Positions 12,659 through 24,000 of a DNA stretch of 64,000 nt are shown here, piece after piece. Position 1 is the stretch's first letter; each line of letters opens with the position of its first letter. The position numbers and the translations under genes are program-made. The DNA lies in NCBI GenBank assembly GCA_035084275.1, contig CM068749.1, positions 11,966,001 to 12,030,000 of the forward strand. The letters run 5' to 3'. The notes beneath the pieces are model-generated. The model searched no databases, was not told the origin of the DNA, and saw only the letters and a list, made by a program, of their open reading frames with translations. Source of the stretch: Hydrolagus colliei (Eukaryota).

Positions 12659-13012
12659 ATGGGGAAAAGCGTATGGGACTACTTTGAAAACAATGCAGTC
12701 AGTAATGGTGTGTATAGATGTACAGTTTGCAAGGTCTTGGTTAAGACATCTGATTCGAGCACGAGCAACCTGCGACAACACATTAAGCAGCACCACCCCG
12801 CCCAGCACGCTGCCCTCAGAGCGAAATCATTGTCGACAACAACAGGAAGTGGAACCAGCGCTTCGGAGAAAGCGACAGGTAGTGGGGCCAGTGCAGCTCA
12901 AACAATTCCTGCTTTATTTAAGAGGAGAACATTGTACCAGAGAGGGGACAAAAAGTGGCAAAGTATCACGAACGCTGTCACTTTTTGCATAGCAAAGGAG
13001 AGCTTGCCAATG
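12659..13012 (+). pseudogene. Truncated hAT transposase N-terminus: BED zinc finger plus start of the DNA-binding region. The frame stays open to 13555 through non-transposase and GA-repeat sequence.
   Basis: MGKSVWDYF...CTVC...SSTSNLRQHIKQHH is the BED signature. ITNAVTFCIAKESLP resembles ZBED1/Ac-type transposases. No DDE catalytic or dimerisation domain follows. Confidence 0.88.
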
Positions 13013-13321
13013 GCGAAGGACATTAATTCAGACTTCAGACTACATAAAAATAAGTGGCATTTTGTGGCTGTAAGTGTTATTTTTGTGTGTGAGAGAGTTA
13101 GAAGCCAGATTATCACTGTTTCTATGTGTGTGTCTAGTCAGACACACACAGCAGTGATAATCTGGCTTCTAACTCTACCAGTCAGACTGTCTGTCTCTCT
13201 CTTTTCTATTGTAATAGATCTCATTTACATGTGGACATTACATGCTACTTTCAAGCAAGAAATGGAGGAGAATAAATCTCTAGATTTTGTTTTTGGTGTG
13301 TGTGTGTTCTATTTTGTGTTT

Positions 13322-13926
13322 AGAGATGGAGGGAGAGAAGGAGAGGGGGAAAGTTGGGAGAGAAGGAGAGAGGAAGAGAGGAGAGGGAGGGAGAGAAGGA
13401 GAGGGGGAAAGTTGGGAGAGAAGGAGAGAGGAAGAGAGAAGAGGGAGGGAGAGAAGGAGAGGGTGAAAGGAGGGAGAGAAGGAGCGAGGGGAAAGGAGGG
13501 AGAGAAGGAGAGAGGAAGAGAGGAGAGGGAGGGAGGGAGAGAAGGAGAGGGGTGAAGGAGGGAGAGAAGGAGCGAGGGGAAAGGAGGGAGAGAAGGAGAG
13601 AGGGGAGGGAGGGAGAGGGGGAAAGTTGGGAGAGAAGGAGAGAGGAAGAGAGGAGAGGGAGGGAGAGAAGGAGAGGGGGAAAGGAGGGAGAGAAGGAGCG
13701 AGGGGAAAGGAGGGAGAGAAGGAGAGAGGGGAGGGAGGGGGAGAAGGAGAGAGGGGAGGGAGGGAGGGAGGGAGGGAGAGAAGGAGAGGGGGAAAGGAGG
13801 GAGAGGAGACAGGAAGGAGGGAGAGGAGAGAGGGAGAGTGGAGGGGGAGGGAGAGAAGGAGAGGGGGGAGGGAGGGAGAGAAGGGGAGAGGAGAGGAGGG
13901 AGAGAAGGAGAGGGGGAGGTAGGGAG
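13322..13926. repeat. Polypurine (GA-rich) degenerate tandem repeat inside the hAT element
   Basis: Recurrent unit ggagggagagaaggagag. Almost pure A/G over about 600 bp. Confidence 0.95.
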
Positions 13927-14407
13927 CAAACAACATCGTATAATTCAACAGACCTTGACACCAACATTACAAACTTTCTGGACCTAGAGCACGCATTTCG
14001 AAATGTGCGTGCACCGCGACCGCGCGCGCATCGTCAGTGCGGACGCACCGTCAATGCGCGTGCACCGCGACTGAGCACGCACCATAAATGCGCGCGCGCC
14101 ATCAATGCACGCGCACTTCGAATGCACGCGCATGCGCAGTATAAAAACTCGGTAGATCGGTTTAAGCAGGTATGAGCAAACCGATATATCCCTATCCGGA
14201 AAAATCCCATATCGCCGTTCCCTAGTTAGGAGATAATTTTGTTTATTGTTGGTGGCTTTCTATCATACAACGTTTGAGCAAAAGGATTGGGACATGTTTC
14301 AAGATTGGCTTTTAATACCACATTACACCTCCTTGCTTAGGAATTGCTGGGCATGAGGATTTCAGAAATATTTCTAATAATCTGGGTATTACCCCACACA
14401 AATATAT

Positions 14408-14747
14408 ATAATAATAATAATCCTTGCATTTGATATAGCGCTTTTCACATCTTATCAACGTCCCAAAAGCACTTTACAGAATATACTGTAAAGTGAATTG
14501 ACTGTATATATTTGTGGGCAAATCACGGCAGCCAATTGCGCGCAGTAGTGACCCACAAACAGTCATGGATTGAAATGACCAATTTTATTATTGTAGTTTT
14601 TTTGGACGGATTTTTATTAGGCGTGTGGAGTAAGGAAACTTACCCACGGTTTCGCCCTGACCTGCCTGGATTCGAACACAGGTCTCTCCAGCTTGGTCTC
14701 CCCAGCTTGCAAGACAAGTGCTCTAACCACTAAGCCAAGGAGCTCCA
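14408..14747 (-). mobile_element. Full-length tRNA-derived Deu-like SINE
   Basis: Minus head ggagctccttggcttagtggttagagcac...gttcgaatcc (intact B box). Small internal duplication at about 14682-14710. (AAT)n tail at 14408. Confidence 0.9.
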
Positions 14748-16076
14748 ATATATGGAGGCAGCAAAATTCACACAGCAACTGATTTACCTCTTACACATTT
14801 AATAATTTACAATAGTAAAAAGAGTTTAAAAAAATCCTGACAACTGAGCAGACTTAGGGCACAGCATCTCTCCCGGGAGAAATGACTATTTGTCTTACCT
14901 TGATAAAACATTAAATAGATTCCTGGTAATGAATGCAGTCAGATAGTTGCATTCTTTTATTCATGTCTTGGAATAACACTAGTAAATTACCACAGGACAT
15001 TTTCATGTAATGTGAACGAGGCTAAAGAGATATTCTTTTAACAGAAAGCAAAGCTTCTGTTCTCTTGGGCAAAATCAATTAGCTTTGTGATTTCATCTTA
15101 TGGGAAGAGAGGATTTTTATTTGGCCATGTCTTTCTCCTTCTGCTTTACTGACATTGAGATGTTTTACTTGGCATCCAATAATCAAACTTGCTGAACCTG
15201 ACAACATCCATATCAGTAGCTAACTACCCAAACATTGTGTGGAAATTACATTGACCTGTTAGGGCAAGAAGCAAGATAACCAACCTTGTGAATTGTTAGA
15301 ATATTTATGCCATTATACGCAATAGCCAGAAGCATCCAGTGATTAAATAGCTGAAGAACAAATACCAGAAACTTGGCAACTGCAGAAAGGTGGAACAGAA
15401 AAAGCAAGTGGTTGGAATTAGACCTTGAAATAACCTTTCGTAGCTATCAAGAGGCTCTGAAAACCACGTGGGATTATGATGTTAAAACAGTTAGGACAAA
15501 AGGGTGTAATTTCATTAAAATCTGTACTAGAGTAAACAATTTTGTACAATATGCTCCTTAGCACAGCACCGCAAACCTTAGATTTGTATATTGGGTTCAG
15601 GAAGAGAGGATTGCAAGAGAAGAAAAGGGGGTTATATCTGATATTGCATTGATCCATGTGCAACAGCAGGTGGCTAAGGTGGGAGCTGCAGAACTGAAAC
15701 ATATTCAGGGATTCAAACTGGAGGGAAATCTGCCTCTTCATCTGAACTTCAATAGCACATCTTTGAAGTTGGTCCAAAAGATGTGCTCTTTTCTACACTT
15801 ATGTATGAGCATTATTTCTTTTCAGCAAAGTTTCCTTTCCATTGCTGTCATTTCATGGTTTCATTCTTGCCCATTTTGTACGCTGCGCTGAGTGATACCA
15901 ATCAATGAAGGGTATTATTCTGCCTTTGTGTTCTGAGTAAAGGCTGCATTTTAACGAAGCCAAACGGAATGAAGGTAAGAGGATATAATCACGATTTTCA
16001 AAGCATGTTTGTGACTGTTCATGCATCTTAAAACGTGTCCAAACAAAAGCAGCGAGGATTAGTATTTGGTCCTTAC

Positions 16077-16380
16077 CATAACCTGTTGGTGAAAGGCCTA
16101 GGTGCTTCATTCGATTTTTCACTAGGTGAGCCAGTTCTTGTCTCTCTGACCTTTTGCATAACGTTAAACGCTGACGACTGATCCTTTCTGTTACTTTGTT
16201 GGAGTGCTTTGGCGCTTTTCTGCTCAACCGTCTTGCCCACTGCATGCTTTTGCGTCTCAGTAAGGGATGCTCTGACTGATCGCTCGATGTGGAATTCCGG
16301 TGGTGATTTGTGCGGTAGCTGGTGTAATCTTTGGTGTCCTTTGTATCTTCCCAATCCTCAACGCTAATGGATATTTGAGA
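16077..16380 (-). CDS. KCNT2: KCNT2 coding exon H (304 nt, phase 0 to 1): [101 protein letters not shown]
   Basis: Acceptor ttatttttctag|TCT, donor GGTTATG|gtaagg. Conserved Slo2 motifs [15 protein letters not shown] and [18 protein letters not shown]. Confidence 0.97.
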
Positions 16381-18512
16381 CTAGAAAAATAAATAAAATT
16401 GAACTTGTAAGTTTGAAACCCAAATTAATATCAGATACTAACAATACTTATTTGCGTTGCTTATTCCAGTTGCTTGAGCATAGTTGCTTTGCTGCCGAAA
16501 ATAGTAACATGGAACAGAAAGCCCAATGTCCAAAATTCCACCTAGTTATAGTCTGTAAGACTCCTTTTTTCCAATTACTTCTTTCGCCATGTCTTTATTC
16601 ACTTCTCCCTCGTACACTCCCCACCCCAGCACCTTGCTTAGTGTCCAACCCCGTCTGTGTCTCTGAACCACTTTCAAATAGTATCCAACCATTCTGTTCC
16701 TGATCCCAACCCCCAGCTGATTGTCCAGCACCTTGAGTCATACTCCTGACGTGAGAATGACTGGACAGCATTTGCTATATTTGCTATATAAATGTAATTT
16801 GGTTGCTATTGTTATCCTAGACAAAGGACGCTGTATAAATACAAGTTGTCAGTATATTTGTTGATAGTTTCTTTACCATGAATCTGGATCTGTAACATTG
16901 TCTGAGTAGTTGATCTGTCACAGGAAATTGTTATCTTCATTTTATGATGCATTGAATCTCGCTTCAGCGAGAATATTAAATATACCCCACATCTGATTCA
17001 CGACAAAACAAAAATTTATTCAACATGTCTTGTGCTGTTTTATATATTTCAAACAATCACTTTACATTTCGCATGTGATGTATTATACTGTAACCCTTGC
17101 AAAATTATAGTGCCCATAAATGCTCATAAGTCATTTGCCATTTGCAATCTATCAAATTGAGTTAACTTTATCTCCACATAACCTTGTTTTATAAAATTCC
17201 CCTTAGACAATGCCTTCACCTTTTTAATGAAACTTTTAGCCAGAGCTTCACTCATTGTAGTCATAGCAGCAGCAATAAAATGAAAAAATTGCCATTATTT
17301 CATTTCCAATTAAAGGGTGAATGCAATAAACCCTAAAAAAAGGTTCTGTATCCAGTTTTTATGACTGTTCAGAAGCCCATTTTTGAAGTGTGTGCATAAT
17401 CTTTTCCCTACTTATACTTGTCTACATTTTTTAGTTGGTAGTTGTGTTGTGTTCACTTTAGAAATTGTTTGCTGAGCTAAATAAAACATTAATCTATGTC
17501 ATTACTATACCAATACATCAACTAGTTTCAAACCATGAAATAATTAAAAGTAGCTCAATAAATGTATCCATGCTGAAATGTCAATGTGTGGTATGCATTG
17601 GAAAACAGTTTTTTTTATTAACAAGTACACTTCATTGGAAATCGTTTTTGAGGGATGAAGTCCTTAAATCACTTGCTGGTTTATTTATTACACATGTGCG
17701 TTGTCACCCAAAATTTGTCAATTGTTTGTCAGACCAACCCTGAATGTTTTTATTTATCAGTTTTTCTCCACCAGTTTTCTTACATACTCTCCTCTCTGAA
17801 AAGTGGCTACTCTTCTGAGGGATGTACAATTAGTTCCACTATTGATCTTGGTGGATTAATGCATGTTTATAATAAACATAAAAGTGCTTTCTTTGCCAGA
17901 ATGAACCTAAATCCAATTGAAAACATTTTGGGGGGAAGAAAGTGCAAGAAGCAACACCCTTATGATACTACTGGGTTAAAGGTACAGCAACAAAATTACA
18001 TTTATACAGTGCCTTTCATGTCGGGAAGATGTCCCAAAGCGCTGAACAGTCAGGGGTTAGGAGGTACAAAGCATTATGCATTTTAGTCTCTAAAGAATTA
18101 GGGGATCTAACAAAAGAAGAACAAAATTACAAAATTGCATCTGTGAAATCATGGCATGAGGCAATTACCGGTAATGTATTATAGGCTTCAGCTTCTCAGC
18201 TTTAATGGTTCTGATCACTTTTAAGAGTTCAGCAGGATGGCATACAATGCGTTCATTTCAACTTGAACCATCTGACTAATATGAACTGAAGCTGACATGC
18301 TCAAGTATCCTATCTTCTCCTCACCTCCCAGCACCCTCCCAGCAGCAGACACACTGCTGGGAGGGCCTTTTCAATTATTGATTTTTTTGTGCATTCTTTC
18401 TGAGATTGCAATTTTTGTAAAGAGTTTTGTAAATGCTCTGAGATGCTACCCCCTTCATAACGAGTGAAGGGCGCCATGTGAATTCAAGTTGTTTATTAAA
18501 AAATAGTAATAA

Positions 18513-18685
18513 TTCAGTCATTCAGTACATGACTATTTGTGGGACACTGCTGTGCACAATTAGCTGCCGTGTTTCGCCCACAAAATAGACAATCAATTCA
18601 ATTTACAATATATTCTGTGAAGCTCTTTGAGGTGTCTCAATTATGTGATAAGGCGCTATTTTAAATGCAAGGATTATTTATAATT
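18513..18685 (+). mobile_element. SINE 3' half
   Basis: tttgtgggacactgctgtgcacaattagctgccgtgtttcgcccac...aaggcgcta...aatgcaaggattatt. Confidence 0.85.
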
Positions 18686-20404
18686 ATCTGCTTAAACGTT
18701 TCACATACAAGGTAGGATTTCTTATCTACCTTTCAGCTTGGGTTTCCTGTGCCACACTAATAATAATCTTCGGATTTGATGCATCGCCTTATCAGGTCAT
18801 CGAGATGTCTCTAAGTTCTTCACAGTACAGTACATAGAGTAAAGTGGTGTGGCTGCATATTTTGGAGCAAACAATTATATATCCACTCTGTAATACTTGG
18901 TGGTAAGAACCAATAAGCTGGAGGAAAAGTGTTGATAGGATACAATAAATATTCTGTGGAATGAGGAACCTGACTTACAATTCACCTCTGAGTTCAGTCA
19001 ACGCGCTTATCAGAACAACCTGTCAATGAATGCAGAGCAATATCTCAATAGAGCTGCAGTTAACACAATTTATTAGATATACTGTATCCAATACCTGCCA
19101 GCAATTATTTTATCACTTCAAACAGGCAAAATATTGCAAACTCTTTTCGGAGAATTGAACCGTGGAGTGGGTCATGCACTTTATAATATCCGGTAAGTCT
19201 CATAATTAGAAATCAAATTTATGTTTTAAAAAAAACAAGCTTACAACACTTGAAAAATAATAATGCAGATAAAATGCCAGAACAAATTTTAAATGAGCTA
19301 GATCTTTGGAGTGGAACAGTCTACTTGTAGTCATGGTACACTCAGCACATGGAACTATGAGGCTAAATGTTACAGGTCAGACATCCACTGAACATTGTAA
19401 AGACAGGGTACTTTATCTGTATGATAAGGTGTTTTGCATATCCAGTGTGTACTCCAATAATAACACATCCATCACTGTTCCTTGAATCTAATTGCATCAT
19501 CAGTGACATTTCCTCTTGCAGTGAATTTCTGAGAAAAAAGACTGGCACTATATGAACACAGATCCAGGCAGCCAGCTTTACCAAAATCAATAGATACACT
19601 ATTTAAAAGGAGATGCAGTGAACTTTGTCTACTGACAAATACCAGTGTGAGTTCAGCTTCAGGAAGCATTCATTTAATTTCTGCCATGCATTTGCTGAAA
19701 CTCCACCAAGCTGAAAAGTCACTGGCTTAAAAATATTACTGGGCTATCTGATACTCTGAGGTGACTGATTCCGTGGGCAGCCTGCCAATGTTGGATATAT
19801 TTTTTTGTCTGCTTGTTTAATTAGCATTGGAAATCTATTCAGCTAAATCCAAAATGTGGTTATTTGTCTTTTACTCTTGAGCTCCCAGGTACTTATGATG
19901 CCACACACATTGACAATAGATTAATTTTTAAGTTGGCAGAGTCAACATAGAATTCCTTAATTAAACTATTTTTTTATGTTAACCATGAGGCCTAAACCTA
20001 AATTAAGTTCAATATCCCTTCCAAGTTTGCTAATGTAATAGATGATGATAAATATGTTGCACATTCTGTACCCAAATCTGAAGAGTTAGGAGTACTTTCA
20101 GTTTTAATTAATTTATTCATTCGAATCTCCTGAAATAATTTATTGCTTTACTCTCAAATAAAATTTGCTTCCGTTTTCAACGGTGCCAGGAATTTTGGAT
20201 TGTATTAACCCAAGAAGCAAAACATAGCTAAAAACACAGCTCACAGGCCGAGTGGATAAGTACCAGGATCTGATGGAACTGATGTTTGTGTACTCGATTT
20301 CAATCCAAGTCAAGTCTACCTTGAAAACATTGGTAGAGTTATTACTAAGTCACCCCAAAAATGTCTCAGTACTGTACTTATCTTTAAAGAATATTTACAG
20401 AATA

Positions 20405-20565
20405 CAGTAAACTCTTGATAACTCGATCTTGGTTTAAATTGTCACTACCACTTAAGTCATCAAGTTGGCAACATGCTGGATGCATTTATTTATGCAATCA
20501 GTCATGTGCCTAATTTTTCACAAAACACTCTTCCCTTGGAGTGACGCATTATCAGGAGTTTACTG
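20405..20565. mobile_element. Small pogo/Tigger-like MITE, 161 bp
   Basis: TIRs CAGTAAACTCTTGATAA / TTATCAGGAGTTTACTG (1 mismatch), flanked by TA on both sides. Confidence 0.8.
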
Positions 20566-20747
20566 TACAAACTCAAGTCTATTTGAAATGGGGGAAAAAA
20601 AGTCAATTTCAGTCAGCTTAAATCATGTACGTTATGTTTCTTAGTTGGAATTTGTTCAGTAGAAATGGACAGTAAAATATTTTGTAATAAATCCTAAAAA
20701 AGCTATCAGCAAATATTTTCAAAGATTCTTCATTAAATAGGCAAAAT

Positions 20748-21085
20748 CCTACAGAATGTCACAGCACAGAAACAGGCCATTCGCCAACCGAGTCTTTGAC
20801 ATATGTCACACTTGGTCCAATCCGCCTGTTCTTGCCATACTTTTAATACTCATCATATTCCACCATTGAACTAATTCTCTTTTTAAAAGAATTGACAGAT
20901 CCTGTCTCAACAACTGTTTGTGGCAATTCCACAGTTCTACCAATTTGTGTGTAGAGAAATTGTTTTTAATTTTTAATTGCTTCTATAATTATAGAATAAA
21001 TTTGTGCCACCTTATTATTGACTTTCCGATTGTTGGAAATAAATGAATTATTATAACAATTCATCATCTTGAAGTTCTTTAACCA
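20748..21085 (-). mobile_element. Old CR1 LINE 3' fragment
   Basis: acagcacagaaacaggccattcgcc is the reverse complement of the CR1 3' stem-loop. Degraded ORF2 end follows. Confidence 0.55.
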
Positions 21086-24000
21086 ATCCATCCTGACCCT
21101 AACTTTAGGCCTTTCTGGTTATACAGTGTGTCAGAAGGGTTGCATTATATCTTAAAGGGTGGGTAGAGTACACAAGAGGAGAGAAACATTGTAGGATTAA
21201 AAGGTGAATTTCTTCACAATGCAAAGGAACATGTTCCGAAGGATTTTGCTTGTAAGTAAACTGTTTTTTAATTGCATTGAGTTCACCTTCAAATCTATTT
21301 CCCCTGGAAGCAACCTACTAACATATTGTACTTCAAAGACCAAAGCTAATGCCTTGAATTTAGTGGCATTCAGTGGCACAGCGGAGAGATTTATTTGTAC
21401 AATTACACTGCTTAATACATACTGCGCGTAGTACAGTACACTATTATGATTATGAAGTGTTTTTTCCTACCAATTATGTAATGCAAAAAATATGTTTCAA
21501 TAAGAGAAATCAAATTATTCTAAAGAATAGAAGGATATTGCATATACTCTTTTATACATTAGTCAATGTTTTTAAGAACAGTCATATTTTGGGGGAAAAG
21601 GCAAGACTCTTACTAATGTAAGGTAAGCAATGTGGAGTTGAGCTGAAATGAACAGACCCTACTACCCTGATTGCTCAGTAAAATATGGAACAATTATAAT
21701 GGCTGCTTTCTACTGATCTATTTCTCTGTTTCACGTTGAGTATCCAGGGAACCACTAAAGGTCTTTTTCTTTAACCACTGCAGAAGATAAATATTGAAGT
21801 AGAGCGAAATTTGGGTTTATCTAACTGATGTGTAGACATTTGATTGTTGTCATTACACCGAGGTGAATATGGTGAATGGATTGCTTAGAGCATGATTATA
21901 TTCCATCCATAATTATAATATTACAGAAAAGTACCAAACAAAAATAAAAATTCTTCGCCTATTTTTCTAATGCTGATTTGTACTGTTGGAAGTGATTTAA
22001 CATTGCTTCCAGCTATACGGTGATTTAGAGCAGGAAGCCTGCTTTATAATTAACCCCTCCCAGTTGCTTGTACGAGAAGAGCTCTGTGAATTATGCAGCC
22101 AACCTGGGTTGTGTGAATAGCTCTTTAATAACATTAAAAAGTATTCCCTTCAGAATTCTCTGTCTGTTCGCTGGTAAATCATAAGTCTGCAAAGTACAAT
22201 TTTTGCACTGAGGAAGAATGTATTTTCAATCTGCTGATCAATGTTCAATGCCTGTATTTTCAATGTCTGCATTTTCTGCAGCAGCAATGCAAATCTGATC
22301 TGCTGGAACCACTTCTCGTCGGCTAGCCCCCAGCACAATAATAATAATAATAATCATCATCATCATCATCATCATCCTTGCAGTTGACAAAGCACTTTAT
22401 CCCATCATTGAAATGTCTGAAAGCTCATCACAAAATATATTATAAAGTGGAGTGACTGTGTATTTTCACAAGCACTATTTTATCCAAGCTACAAATTCTT
22501 CCTACATGTTATTCAGAAGTGATCTTTGTTGCCCATTGGCAGAATTACTGTTCCCTTGTCAGCAGTGCTCAAGATAAATGGCCATTATAATGTTCTTCCC
22601 AGTTAGAGGAAATATTGGCTGTTTGTGGTAATAATCCCCTTGGTAGTAATTTATTTAATGCTTCTGGACAATGTCAGGCACTTTCATATCCTGGGAATGC
22701 TATTTGTATTTATTTAGTGTTATACTCTGTAGCTATTGCCTACTCCCAAAGTCTGCCTAACTGAGGGCAATACAGGTTTATTATCTGCATGAGTAGATCA
22801 GCAAATTGTGTTGCGTTCTGCACTGATTACAATACAAAAAAAAAGATTTAATAAGATGTGATGGAAACAATGCATCACGATTAGAATATGGCTCCACAAC
22901 TGCAATTGATTGATCATGATCCTGACTGTATAAAGTGAGTCAAAGGGAGCAAAAAGAGTACAAATCCATATAATTATTATCACATTTAGTCTGTAATTAG
23001 GATAAGCTGAATTTCATCTATATTTTCACTTCATAATTCGCTTCATAATATCTCCATTTCATCCAAGACTGATGACTGAGTAAACAAGACTGATGATGAA
23101 CTAAACAAGACTGATAGCACCACGGTTACTAACCCATAAAGCTGCCCATTACTGCTTAAGTAAAACTTTAGTCAATTTAACATTACATTTGATATAGCAC
23201 CTTTCATATCGTTAGGATGTCTCAAACCACTTCAGAAGATATCCTGTAAAGAGCAGTCACTGTGTGTGTTTTGTGGAAGAAACACAAGAAAGAGTAATTA
23301 AAGATTAAGGTTAAAAGCTTTCAATAAGTAAAGATTTTCTCAGAGAAGGTAAGCCACACCATTAAACAACTAATTGCCTATATGATAAAACAGAAAAATA
23401 GTATTGCAGATTTATGAACAATCAATCTACTAATAGCACAAAATAGTGCTGCCACGTTATAAATAATGCAAAGCATAACTCTGAAGTGATAGAAATACAA
23501 GCTTTTTTTTGTATGAAAAAATATTTAATCTTTAAATGCAAATCTTTTGACTTTTTTATCTGACATTAGTAATGGAACCATGCATAAGTTGATTAACTAC
23601 AATTTACTGCAGGGTATTATAAATAAAAGAAAAACAAAATGATAGATCTGTATGGGTCTTTGCTTTTATTGTAGCAAAGGGAAATACAAAGCAGTAAACA
23701 TAGATATGCATGGACAGGCCACTTGCCATGCCAATGATTTTCACAGAGTTCAATTTTATTTATTGCAAATGAGAGAGTAATTTCTATGATTTATTTCCCG
23801 CCCATCACATTTGTTTCTATGCATAAACAAAATTCCAACAGAGCAATGAACTTCATATTTGCTGTCCTGCAGTTTGCTGTATGTTATAGTCCGAAAGTCT
23901 ACTATCTATGAGTCATTATCATTGCTTTAATCTTTTCTTATTTGAAGATGGAGATCTCTTCTTTGAAATGATGATGAGTTTTAAATAGATCTCAGCTCAG

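Larger units (their letters stand above)
12268..14224 (+). mobile_element. hAT (Ac/ZBED1-like) DNA transposon, internal-deletion derivative, 1957 bp
   Basis: Perfect 14-bp TIRs TAGGGAACGGCGAT / ATCGCCGTTCCCTA. Identical 8-bp TSD GTTAGGAG at 12260-12267 and 14225-14232. CGATAT and GCGCGC subterminal repeats. Confidence 0.96.

Noticed and set aside
13280-14175. Long ORFs of 200-270 aa (S/P/L-rich on minus, R/E/G-rich on plus)
   Set aside because: Artefacts of the GA-rich repeat, which lacks stop codons.
14899-14975. Strong donor AAG|gtaaga with a DMNK-like start
   Set aside because: In-frame stop, weak acceptor and no real similarity to the expected next exon.
1-16076. Last two KCNT2 exons (DEMND...YILINPSPDTR..., ...ETQL)
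   Set aside because: No convincing match by eye. Weak look-alikes near 870, 7780 and 10590 do not align, so these exons probably lie left of the window. TBLASTN would settle this.
23064-23116. CRISPR-like repeat/spacer pattern
   Set aside because: Eukaryotic intron, very short units and no cas genes. It is a simple tandem duplication.
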